Of a stretch of DNA of 64,000 nt, positions 1 through 10,600 are shown one piece after another. Positions within the stretch are counted from its first letter, which is position 1; each line of letters begins with the position of its first letter. The notes beneath the pieces were generated by a model, which saw only the letters and a list, made by a program, of their open reading frames with translations, was not told the origin of the DNA and did no database searches. Both the position numbers and the translations under genes were made by a program. Source of the DNA: Trypanosoma brucei (lineage: Eukaryota); the NCBI GenBank assembly GCA_000002445.1, contig CP000070.1:224001-288000 (forward strand). The letters are read 5' to 3'.

Positions 1-3000
1 GCCAGTGTCCGCGCATCCTTAAATCCTTCAGAGTAAAACATGATTTCAGCAATAAGAGCGTAATCGGGGATCATCATGCAGATGGGACGAAACAGGGCTT
101 TCAGGTTATCTGGAAGCTCGGTACGACCTGCATAACCAGGGTTCATGGTGATAAAAACACCGAAATTCCTGCTCAGTTTGATCATATGCCCGTCAAAGCT
201 CATGCTTTCTAGGCGTTGCGCAAGAGCACTAGTAATATCTAACATCTGCTGCGCCACCACAGAGAGCACCTCTAGTTCAATACGGTTGAACTCGTCAAAG
301 CACGCCCATGCACCCGCCTGCGCTAACCCAGCAAACATACGAGACATAGTCTTGTAGTTGATACCATCAGAACAGTTAAAAACAACAACTTGTCGGGCCA
401 ACGCTTTCCCCAAGTCCTTCACCGACTCGGTTTTGCCTGTACCCGCAGGTCCCTGGGGAGCGGCTCCAAGATTCATTGCCAGAGCGCTGGTACATGTCAG
501 AAATGCACGATCGGTCAGCGGGGTAATTACAAGACGCGGTTGATTCCCAAGATACTCATAACCATACCACAGATGAGCATCGCAGTGGTGGATTCCAACG
601 CTCATGCCAGATTTCACAGAGTCAGTAGCCTCCCAATAATAACGCAGTTGCTGAGCCCAGGCAAAATCACTGAGAGAAGTCACACTGCTCTCATGAAGAG
701 TATACACGATGTCACGATTGTGCACGTTAAGCACAATTAGTGTACAAACAAGCGTCCGTTGCAACTTAGTTAGGGACCCCTTCACCAAATTGACTGTCTG
801 AAAAATTTGTTGCTGGTAATGTTCGTGATACTCCAGTAATGAGCCTGCCCTTATAGCCTCTTCGACTTCTTGGGTCCACACAACCATATCAACCGCCTGA
901 ATACACTGCGCAGGGTGGTTAAAAAACCAGGTTTCACGTGCCTCTGGGGTATACGCCTCAACTGTCTTACGCATATGCATAAGCAACGAGGCTCTCATCA
1001 TACTCTCGATCTGGCACAACCACTTCTCTACATTGCCAATAGGATACACAACTTTCTCAAATTCAACTTCTTCTCCATCTCCAGACATCATCCCCGAAAT
1101 TTCGCTGTATGTATCCCCCGAAAAAATAAGGGATGCTATCGAATCAAAGCATTTGGTGAGATGCGGTTGCACTGCCTTGGGATTACGCACGTCGGAAAGA
1201 ATTGACAACAGTTCGTCGTTTGAGAGGAAGTAGAACCGAGGAAACGCAGCACGCTTCGTCTCGAGACACTCTTCCAGTTTCTTCTGAATGTAATCAATAT
1301 TCAAATTAGCTTGCTGCAGTTGCTCCAGCACACCGTTCTCGGTGCATATCTGGTAAACGTTCTTGTCGTTATGTGCCTTCATTGTCAGCAGACACAACAA
1401 GGTATCCACCGAGCTGAACTGCATACTTTCTTCAGGAAGCTGGGCTTTGATATCGTCTGAAGAAAAAATAAATTCAAGATACATCCAGTTCTTTTGAAGG
1501 TTAGTCCACTCTTCCATAACATTACCTACGTGTCGAAGGTTGCGAATCCATTCCTCCACACGGTCGCGAACCGGTGCAGCAAATCGTGAAGCCATTATCG
1601 TCTGAAGTTCAACTTGATTATCATCCAGTTGCTGGATTACATCTTCTAGAGCATCCAATATGAAAACACCGTCACGGTTTCTGTAAGGTTTGGTGGTGAA
1701 CGAAATCCCGTTCCATGTCTGTTTAATTTTGTCCAGGTCATTGGATATCTTCCACTCACCGGTTGCTAGCCCGACTTGCTCAGATAGTACCTCCTTGTAT
1801 TCAAGAATATTTAGGTCTTGCAAGTTCCGCAAACTCAAACCTTCGTGATAGCGATTATCCGAACCAGTGGCCTCCCTCAAAACAATATTCCAGTGGCTAT
1901 CAGTCATGTGTTTGTTACCACAATCGTGAATAACGGGCATAATCGCTCTGAGTTCTTGAAGTTCAGTTAAAAGATGCTGCCCCACTTCATCTTCATATTC
2001 CTTTTCCTGGACCTGTCTGTTCAGAGCACCGGTGCGCCTTATGAGTTGGTTGACTTCATCCTCCATGGCAGCTGTGTCCAGTTCTCTAACAGGACTATTA
2101 AACCACATTTCTCTTTGTTTCATAAACGTGTCTAAGAGTGTCCAAGCTTCACGGCGGACAAAAACCAAGCTCCTCATTTCTTTGAGAGTAGACCAGTCGA
2201 TTGGAGGCCGATCAAACAGTTTCGCATATTTGGTCAGCTGCGTTTCACTTGCCTGAATCTCGCTGAGCTTCGTATTAAGTTCCGCTAAGTACTGAATTAT
2301 CGGTTCTACGTTCTCCGTTAAAACAACAAACTCGCTGTTGGTAAGAATTTGCTTGATCGTAACGCACTCGTCTTCGACGTTGCACACGCTGTCTTCCAGC
2401 GTTTGAGTATGAAACGGCAAATTTTCTTCGATAAAGGCTTCGGCATGGAGTCGCGCTTCATCGAAGAGAATCTGAAGGGACATTGCCGTACTGACACTAC
2501 CTAGAGTTCTCTCTCTAAGTTGCTTGTCTTCGTCATCCAAAAACTCCACTTGTTGTCGGTCCATCAAATCGCACAAAGCGTCCGCCTGAGCAACAGCAGC
2601 TTCGGTTTCAGTAGTCTCGCTCACGACCTCCTTGTAATGCGCCACATACTCTGCAAACTGGCTCAGTTGACCCGGGCGTTCATTTAGCACCTGGATCTTC
2701 TGCTTGAAATACGAGTGCAGTGAAGAAATGGCCGTCCTCGTAATTTCCCGAAGTGTTGAATCAATTCCATCACGGACAATCCGCATACGAGGCTCAATTT
2801 CTGTCTTGAGCTTTGCTGCGTTAATCCATAACATATTCCCTACAAATGACGCCATCAGAACGCGTAACGTATCTTGTGCATCCTGGATTTTGTCGTACAA
2901 CTTGAACAGGGTAGAGCACGTTAACGGTCTTTCGCCCGTCTCCTCTTCCCATTGCGCCAATATATCGCTCCATTCCCTCTCCAAGAAATGAATGTGAGGG

Positions 3001-4655
3001 AGTGTAACGGCATACGCCTGCATCTTGGTGTTAGCCTGGGCGTAATCGTCGCCAACCAACTGAAGAATACTAGACTGAAGATAGAGCGTGCGTGCGTCAG
3101 ACTCGAGTTCACCTCCTAGCACCCAAAGAGCAGGTGCCTTGGTGAAGTGACCCTTCAGCCGCTTCTGGGAACACAACCGTGTAACCGAACCAGTAACCTC
3201 GATGCATTCGGTGATAAGCTCCGTGCAAAGAGTACGTATAGCCCTCTCAGGTGGATTAAATAACATCTGATCCTCCGTTGGCTGTAACAAAACCTGAAAA
3301 CCAACTGAACGCAGTTCTTGACTGCTCTGGATATGCAATGTGTTATACAGTGTTTTGATCGCCGAAAGGATTACACGAAACACAGTTTCCGATGTAACAC
3401 AGTCCACCATACGAATTAATTGGTCAATTTGTGAGTACTCTACTATACTGCGTTTCAGCTCACGCATTCTTTGTAACTGTTCTCCCCTGGCATCGTGCAT
3501 CGACTTCATCTTACGTTGTGAGCGAAAACTCCCCGACCCTGTAACAATGGCGTTAGCGAGTAGGTACTGCTCTAACGCCTCTTTTGTGTTTATGTCGGGA
3601 ACGTCTGCCTTGCTCTTCATAACTTCAATCAGTTTCATGACACCAGTCTCAATCTTCTCCATACACGCAACGAATGCAGCCGAAGTTTTTTGGCGCTGCT
3701 TCGCCTGCTGCGTCCGAAAGTCCTCGATAGTATAATCGTGCTTTCCCTGCGCCTCGTACAGCACCAATGGATGTGTTGTAAGGTCGTAGGAAGCGTTAAG
3801 AACTTCCAGAATAGGGGTACTGAAAGTGGATTTAGATATGAGTAAGTTCCTTGAAAGCAGCCGCCTCTTGTTGAGAAAGTCCTTAGCACGTACATTTTTG
3901 TACCACCGGAAAAAGGCTTTGTAGACGAGGTATGTCTTGAAGAAGTGTACTTTTCGAAGGACATCAAAAAGCGATGACTCCCGCATCCACTCAGCTAAAC
4001 TAACAACCTCCGAAGGGTGTCCTGGTCGGACATGGACAACCCCTGTTGCACTCATTATGTAGTGCTCCTTCTGCTCCAATCCACGCTTCATAGGGCTAAC
4101 ACATAAATCATAAGGTCTGAATTCGAGTACATGAGGAGCACGACATAAGTATACATATTTCAAATGGCTGCTCGATCCATTGGCTGCAAAAAAAGTTATA
4201 CAATCTTCAGCTGTTTTAAGTTTGCGGATGACGGCTGCATCGTCCGGAGCTACCGGGGGGACTGAGCTCTTGTTAGGTGGCCGCATTGCCCTTTGTATCA
4301 TACGAAGAATCTCACTGTCCTGCTCGTCTAGATGGGTACGCCAAAAGGGCCGGACCCCCGACACAGATTCAGGTTCCATGTGGTCACCATTTGCACCAGG
4401 ACCATTCAACCCTCTCTCACGGCTAAGGCTACTAGCATCACAAACTTTGTTAGCAACAGGAACACCTCCGTGACGCAAGTTATAACGGAAGTTTTCCGGC
4501 TTTTGAAACTCGTATAGCTGCACAGGATCCAACGTTCGATTAATTTCCTTCTCCACTTGTGCAGCAAGATAGGTTTGTGAGACAGTTTTCCCTCTCTCAG
4601 TCGACTGGTATAAGGTCTCAAGAAATTCAGAACTGCTATCCCTCTTCGACTGCAT
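1..4655 (-). CDS. Dynein heavy chain, 5' portion (N-terminal tail/linker through the AAA1 P-loop). Partial: the ORF continues past the window start.
   Basis: Reverse-complement translation from the ATG at 4655 (in-frame TAG 10 codons upstream) is open to position 1. It contains the canonical dynein AAA1 region ...GPAGTGKTESVKDLGKALARQVVVFNCSDGINYKTMSRMFAGLAQAGAWACFDEFNRIELEVLSVVAQQM...HMIKLSRNFGVFITMNPGYAGRTELPDNLKALFRPICMMIPDYALIAEIMFYSEGF (Walker A GPAGTGKT, Walker B CFDEFNRI). It is absent from the ORF track only because it is open-ended. Confidence 0.85.
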   Translation of the reverse strand, partial: MQSKRDSSSEFLETLYQSTERGKTVSQTYLAAQVEKEINRTLDPVQLYEFQKPENFRYNLRHGGVPVANKVCDASSLSRERGLNGPGANGDHMEPESVSGVRPFWRTHLDEQDSEILRMIQRAMRPPNKSSVPPVAPDDAAVIRKLKTAEDCITFFAANGSSSHLKYVYLCRAPHVLEFRPYDLCVSPMKRGLEQKEHYIMSATGVVHVRPGHPSEVVSLAEWMRESSLFDVLRKVHFFKTYLVYKAFFRWYKNVRAKDFLNKRRLLSRNLLISKSTFSTPILEVLNASYDLTTHPLVLYEAQGKHDYTIEDFRTQQAKQRQKTSAAFVACMEKIETGVMKLIEVMKSKADVPDINTKEALEQYLLANAIVTGSGSFRSQRKMKSMHDARGEQLQRMRELKRSIVEYSQIDQLIRMVDCVTSETVFRVILSAIKTLYNTLHIQSSQELRSVGFQVLLQPTEDQMLFNPPERAIRTLCTELITECIEVTGSVTRLCSQKRLKGHFTKAPALWVLGGELESDARTLYLQSSILQLVGDDYAQANTKMQAYAVTLPHIHFLEREWSDILAQWEEETGERPLTCSTLFKLYDKIQDAQDTLRVLMASFVGNMLWINAAKLKTEIEPRMRIVRDGIDSTLREITRTAISSLHSYFKQKIQVLNERPGQLSQFAEYVAHYKEVVSETTETEAAVAQADALCDLMDRQQVEFLDDEDKQLRERTLGSVSTAMSLQILFDEARLHAEAFIEENLPFHTQTLEDSVCNVEDECVTIKQILTNSEFVVLTENVEPIIQYLAELNTKLSEIQASETQLTKYAKLFDRPPIDWSTLKEMRSLVFVRREAWTLLDTFMKQREMWFNSPVRELDTAAMEDEVNQLIRRTGALNRQVQEKEYEDEVGQHLLTELQELRAIMPVIHDCGNKHMTDSHWNIVLREATGSDNRYHEGLSLRNLQDLNILEYKEVLSEQVGLATGEWKISNDLDKIKQTWNGISFTTKPYRNRDGVFILDALEDVIQQLDDNQVELQTIMASRFAAPVRDRVEEWIRNLRHVGNVMEEWTNLQKNWMYLEFIFSSDDIKAQLPEESMQFSSVDTLLCLLTMKAHNDKNVYQICTENGVLEQLQQANLNIDYIQKKLEECLETKRAAFPRFYFLSNDELLSILSDVRNPKAVQPHLTKCFDSIASLIFSGDTYSEISGMMSGDGEEVEFEKVVYPIGNVEKWLCQIESMMRASLLMHMRKTVEAYTPEARETWFFNHPAQCIQAVDMVVWTQEVEEAIRAGSLLEYHEHYQQQIFQTVNLVKGSLTKLQRTLVCTLIVLNVHNRDIVYTLHESSVTSLSDFAWAQQLRYYWEATDSVKSGMSVGIHHCDAHLWYGYEYLGNQPRLVITPLTDRAFLTCTSALAMNLGAAPQGPAGTGKTESVKDLGKALARQVVVFNCSDGINYKTMSRMFAGLAQAGAWACFDEFNRIELEVLSVVAQQMLDITSALAQRLESMSFDGHMIKLSRNFGVFITMNPGYAGRTELPDNLKALFRPICMMIPDYALIAEIMFYSEGFKDARTL

Positions 4656-7600
4656 TGTTTTTTTTTGTGCTTCTTCCCTTGACTAGGAGTTTTCAGTTTT
4701 GTAAAATTTATATCCGATCAAAATGGTGGAGAAAGTTATACACGAATACGCACATACGACGCAAATAATGCAAAAGATACGATGAATGCGCTAACCGCGG
4801 AAGCAAGATCGGCTCCTCGATCCCATTCGGTGGCACAGAGTCACAGACAAGTTTTCATATGCGTCACGTCTGCGCGCAAATGCATGGGGACGGAGACAGC
4901 GTGTAGTAGAGGCAAATGTGGCACGATACCCAGATGAGTAGATAACCACAATGACTCACAGCAAAATAATAATAACTCAAGTGTCCCGATGGCAAAAACT
5001 ATACAAACACAGTTGCAATGACGGCAGAATCACCAAAAGAGAAAAATCACCGCAAATAGATTGATGTGATGCTATAAATCAAATATCCCCTTTGACAAAG
5101 CGATCCAGAGACCGCGCAGTCCGTACACAACCAGCCGTTTTCCCAACATATTCGTCTAAAAATAGGCAAGTGTGCCCAATGCATCAACACGGTAATACTG
5201 TACCAAAGGTTTGCCGTGCTGACTCCATCCTAGTATCACAAACAGTCCAGAAATGCAGTCCTACGATACTTAAATCCTGGCCTACATTGAAGAAACCTAT
5301 AAGTTCATGGCATCGATGCCAACCTTCAAGTATGTCACGTCAACGTAAAATGTGAGCCCAACCAGAGCTGGAGAGTCGGCTTCATCCACTCAAACCCACC
5401 AAACTTCCCAGAAAAGGTCAAAAAAATATACACTAAATAAGCGAGTAACGAACACAATAGATCGCATGGGACCCGCAGAGCTAAAGCAACGGCCCCCAAC
5501 AAAAAAGAAAAAGACAAATACCCCAAACACGCTGCACGGACCAACACCAAACCACTTTCGCTCATTGAAAACTGGGGGAAGCCTGCGACAACTTAGTTTC
5601 CAGCGCAACTGGGAGAAGTAGAACAATGACACTTACGAAAAGCACGTTCTGGTAGGCTCCACCTAGACCAAAAGGGACGCCGATACGTCACTGCTCTGGT
5701 CGGGTGGAGCAGTCCATCGACAATGTGAGGGAAGGGGAGAGGAAATAGGCAACCGTACTTCTCTAGATCCCCTATTCGACAAACTCGGCACTTTAAATCT
5801 CAACGACTGCCTCAGGTGCAATTATCCATTTACAAATGACATTCCACCCACCTGCCATTATCCAACAGTACCTCAGTTGAAGCAAAAAGAACACAACAAG
5901 CAGGTGATCAAGGCACCCAGGAGACACAGTAGACATGCGGAACCCGCAGCACAACGAGAAAACCACAGCGACAATCCCAGGGACCACAACAACTGGAATC
6001 AAGGATCCTCCACCAACCAGCGGAACATCAGCAAGGGACACTACACACTACTAACCTCCGCAAACCACACTCCTCTCACGAATACACATAGCACAGCGGC
6101 ATCGCCTGACCACGCCAGGCGCCTTCCCATGGTGTTGCAACGCAGCGTCATCTTCCACAGTGAGAAATGTCGCAGCAGGACCCTCCGGGAAAGCCGGAGT
6201 GACGTGGTCGAGGCGGTCACACCTAAAGCGGAGCGGACCGTCATACTCGAAATGTGAAACAGTATCACCGACACCGAGGCCCCTAGCCTGGCACTCAGTA
6301 GAGAAAGTGCCCATGACCCCCACCCCTCTTTTTCAGCGCGGAAGCCAAGAACAGCTGACGTCCCAGCGTCAGAAGAATAAGACGGAGGAATACGCCGCCG
6401 GTAAAGGAGGCAGCTCCTCTTGGAGAACTAGCTATTGAATAGAACGGCACAACCGGGTTTTTTGAGGAAGCGAAAACCGTGGAGTGGAACGGGTCCGTCC
6501 GTTCCAGAATGCCACACCCGTAGCAAGAAACGGGACCCTTGCCTCCCGTTGCTGAAAGGACTGATTTGGCTGAGCGAAGAGGCCCGAACAATTGGTAGTC
6601 GCGAGAAGGGGTACGTTGTGAAAGGAACCATTCGGATTCAAGGAACTACTAACAAACTACAACGCAAGGTCCTCCCTAGATTAGTGCGTGTTAGTGGATA
6701 TGGGGTTGCAACCCCGACAAAAATGGGGGCGTCAAAGCGGTGGTACCTAGTGAATTGATTCGGTACTTTTTTGAACTTTTTGAATTTTCTTCGTGGCCCT
6801 GTGTGAGCCCGCTCGTTTCGCTGAAGCTCTCGACTCCAACCGCAAAGAGTGTTCCACGTTGCTGTTAGGGGGGTTCGTGGTCGATAACCCCTTTGTTGTT
6901 AGTATCGCGTGCCTCCATTCACCTTTTGCTTTCTGTGTTAGAGCCCTCACAGTCGGTAGATGGAGCAGAGAACTCCCTGCAACAGGCTCATTCCAAGAAC
7001 GTCTGCCAGCCATTTCAGCAGCCGTTGCAGCCCTATCTCTAATGCTAAGCATTCCGCTCTGTAACTGCATGAGAGTTCCCCTGCTCCGGTCTTGGGTGCG
7101 CAAATCAGCGTGTTGTTTCTATAGAGCAGGGCAGCTGCTCCGGACTTCTCGCCGAGGGACACGGATGTATCAGCCCACAATTCGTAGTGCTCTCGTCGCT
7201 GTGGCTCCTTCACCCTCCGTGCAAAATGCCGTGCAATCCACTTTTCGGAAGCCTCCCTTTTGACGTCGTCAGGGTCATCAGCGCACACAGGCTTTATCTG
7301 CGTGTGAAATAGCGGTCGGCAGCTGTGGCGGAGTGTCGATGTCTCTAGTGGGTGCTCGCGTGGCTCAATGTGGAGGTGGGGGTAGGACCGCATGATGCGG
7401 GAATGTAGGGCTCTGACTGGGTGTTTGCTGTGGTATACTTCCTCAGCACTGCGGCGCAAACATCCGCCTCGTGACTCACACATCAGCATGAATTTCATGC
7501 TGCGCACAAGAGTGGCCGTCTTGAGTGGCAGGAGGTTTGCTTCCAGCAGAGAGTCCTCTTTGCGCGTCCCATGCGGTATGCCGGCTATGATGCGACTACC

Positions 7601-10600
7601 CTTGTGTTGTGCTGCTGCAAGGAGGTCGCGACTTCGTTCCGAAGCGTCCCAGTACCATACCTCAATGCCATACATGGTGTGTGCCTGTAAGAGGTAAAAG
7701 AACCGCAGAAGCTGGTGTGCTTAGCCCTGCGTGAAAGCAGATATTGCTCCTATTTGAAGTAGCTCAGGTCAATTTTTTCGTACTGTCTGTGCAGCGCGCC
7801 CTACCATTTCAGCTGTGGAATAGTATCATAAAGAGAAACTTTTCAAGTTCTTTCAAGTCCCGCCCACACTCCATCGGCGTTTGGCGTGAGCTGTATTCAT
7901 TTCACAGAATCAAAGGATGTGCTTTTCATCTGCGTTACGTAAACTTCCATTAGGTACTCTCAAGACAATGGTGCCACCATGTCCACTTACCTCCGCAGTG
8001 TGTGTTTGATTGTTTCCTTCTTCGTTTGAGGAAGCAGCAGCGTTAGGTTATGTGCCGCTGCTCGACGCTCAACTGCTTCGTTTCCTGTACTGAGCTCAGC
8101 ATGCCCCATTGCGCCGAAGGCTTTTCACCACTGACAAATACCACAACCATACACGATGTTGGTAAGGCGCGGCTAAGGAATCCTGTTTAGTTTGGAAACC
8201 ATTTTGCTGTGCATAAACTTTGTCCAGTCCCTAACTGTTGTGGTGCGAGCTGGGCTTCAGTTATTCTTTCCCTCAATCTTCATGGAGAGCTCGTGAATGC
8301 CACTAGTTCATTTGTATTTTAATATTTCTTCTTCTTACCATCTTTCTGGATATGTAGAGGAACTCCACACTTCCATGCTGTTGGTGCAATTCCTTTCTGT
8401 GCATTCATATTGAACTGTTAAAGCACCAGTATTGGCACTGTGTGATCGAAGTAACGCAGTCACTCTCCGTGCAAGCGATTGTGGGCCGTCACTGAGGTAT
8501 GAAGTGTTTATTTTAGCGATTTTTCGGGTCCATCACTCATTGTTGGTTGGAATTCGGCGGCCTCCGTTTGTCTCAGCGGCTTTGTGTCTGAGCTGCCATA
8601 TATATCTTCTTATGTGATGCACGTGCTGCAACAAAATGTCGGGCCTTCCGAAAATCTCTGATAGCAGCTTCACCTACTGTGAGTGCCGTAATCATTGGGT
8701 GCTTGGCGATCGCAGCGAATAAGCATTCCTGATGCGCCAGTTGCAGCGGTTCTGTACTTCGTCTTGTGTGGGCGGCACGAAACACTTACGGGTCGCGTAC
8801 GGTCCAGCTACTCTCCCACAATGATGTCCAGTTTCTTCCTATTCGACCAATGGCGACACCCCACGATCTTCCTATGAAGGCCAGTAAGCTAAGGCGTCAA
8901 GTGCTGTGGTGTGACTCTGCTCCCTTAGGGAACACCTTCGTCGGTTCCAAAACTTTCGGCGCAGATCAGGTGTTTTTCAAATTCGTCTCTTCATCATATT
9001 CTAACCACCCCACAGAGTCACCAGGCAGGACTGTGAAGTGTTCTCCATTTGGCTTTGATCCATGAGCCTGTGATAGTGCTTTGACGCTAAAGGTTCAGGA
9101 TATCCGTTTTGTTTCGGCAACCATGTTGAAGAACATATGGTGGTGGCGACCACCTGCCTACTACGATGATTTCGCATGTAACGGTCAATTCCTTGACAGT
9201 GGCATATAAGTGTTGCCCTTCCGTGCTGTCGCGTGTGCACGGTGTATTCGGTAGTATTACAGAACGGAAAATTGTTATTTATGCACCACTTTATAAGGGA
9301 CCAATGCCTGGTGTTCGGTGGGGGTTGCGTGATCTCACGCCAAGGCGCATGCATTAGAATTCGTGTCGACATGTTGCGGGCGCCGACCTGCTTTTTGCTC
9401 AAAGGTTGGATATGGTGAGCATACGACGTCGTAGCAGCGGCAATTGGCATCTTTCTAGTTGGTTGCATTCCGGAGTGCACATGCCCGGTGCATTCAATGA
9501 TGGTACCGGCCGCCTCTGCCATCAGATCTTCCCCAGCGAGTGTGTGTAAGTCGCCGCCGTCACGGTTGTAAGCTATGCTATGACGTTGGCGACCGGAAAT
9601 GCTAAAGTGCCCCGGGTTTCTTTTGTCGTCTTTGCTGTCCTCGGCTGACAGAAGACCATCTTTTCGTAATAGAGGTTTTTGCGGAGTATTGATTTCTTTC
9701 CTTTTGGAACTCTGCGCAGTTCCTCCGCTTTTCGCGTGAGGGTAGGCCTGAGTCGTCCTTCGAATCACAGGACGGCGGCACCTCACTCCGGAAAATATTC
9801 GTGACGGCGCGGTACCGCGTTCGCAGTGACTGGGAAGGAAGAAAAGCGGTGCTCTGGCGCGGCACGGCTGGTCCCTCTGCGTTGCCCTGGCATCTGTGGA
9901 CATTTGAAGACGGTGTTCTGTCGGTCCAGAGCCCTATCGGCTGGCGTCTGCCCCTGAAAATGCGAGGTAAGAGAGTGAGCGGCGCCGCGTTGGATGGGTA
10001 GGAGGGTCGCACCATGGAATTGATGTGTGTGATGGCCTTCCTGCCTTAGCCGATTCCAGTGGAGGTTCTCGGAGGTGATGAGTTTTTACTTTCGAACTGA
10101 CTACATGCCGCAGCATGGGCGTTCATCGACCGCTGGACTCTAGCAGCCGTGGGGCGTGCTGATTTCGGGAGGAGCAACAAGTGCCGAAGCCTCCCCGAAA
10201 CATCCTCAGTTCGGGTCGGACACGGCAGCTGCTCCCCGTTCCGGTTGAGGCGTTGCTGCGCTTTCGAATCGTCGGCGGTTAAGGGATTCTAGTCCCACGT
10301 GAAAGAGACCACTTGTCAATACGATCGCCGCCGGTTTCGGCTAACCATTCTGATTGTGCTTTGCAGTGCGTCACTTGCCACGCTACTGCTTCAGAGCGTG
10401 GCTGCTCCGGAAGGGTTTTTGGCGAGCCCCCTGGCGGTTGTTTTCACGCTGGCGTTAATCGGACATGATCCCCCGTTTGTTGTCTGATAACGGAGGTAGC
10501 GAAAGAGCATGTGGCGTCGTCACATGGGAATAAGGGGAGCGGCGCCAGGCATTTTGCTGTGCAAACCCCTCTTTGTTATACAGTTTGCTGTCTCCTTTCC

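Noticed and set aside
6702-6715. A perfect 14-bp palindrome, ggggttgcaacccc, in the strand-switch region.
   Set aside because: About four such palindromes are expected by chance in 64 kb, and there is no repeated or arrayed context.
9001-9903. A 300-aa minus ORF in the strand-switch region, considered as a possible gene or as the endonuclease/RT part of the retroelement.
   Set aside because: No APE or RT motifs (QETK, GDFN, SDH, FADD/YADD) were recognisable by eye. The composition is atypical and it overlaps other-frame ORFs. It is left unannotated and may belong to the degenerate element.
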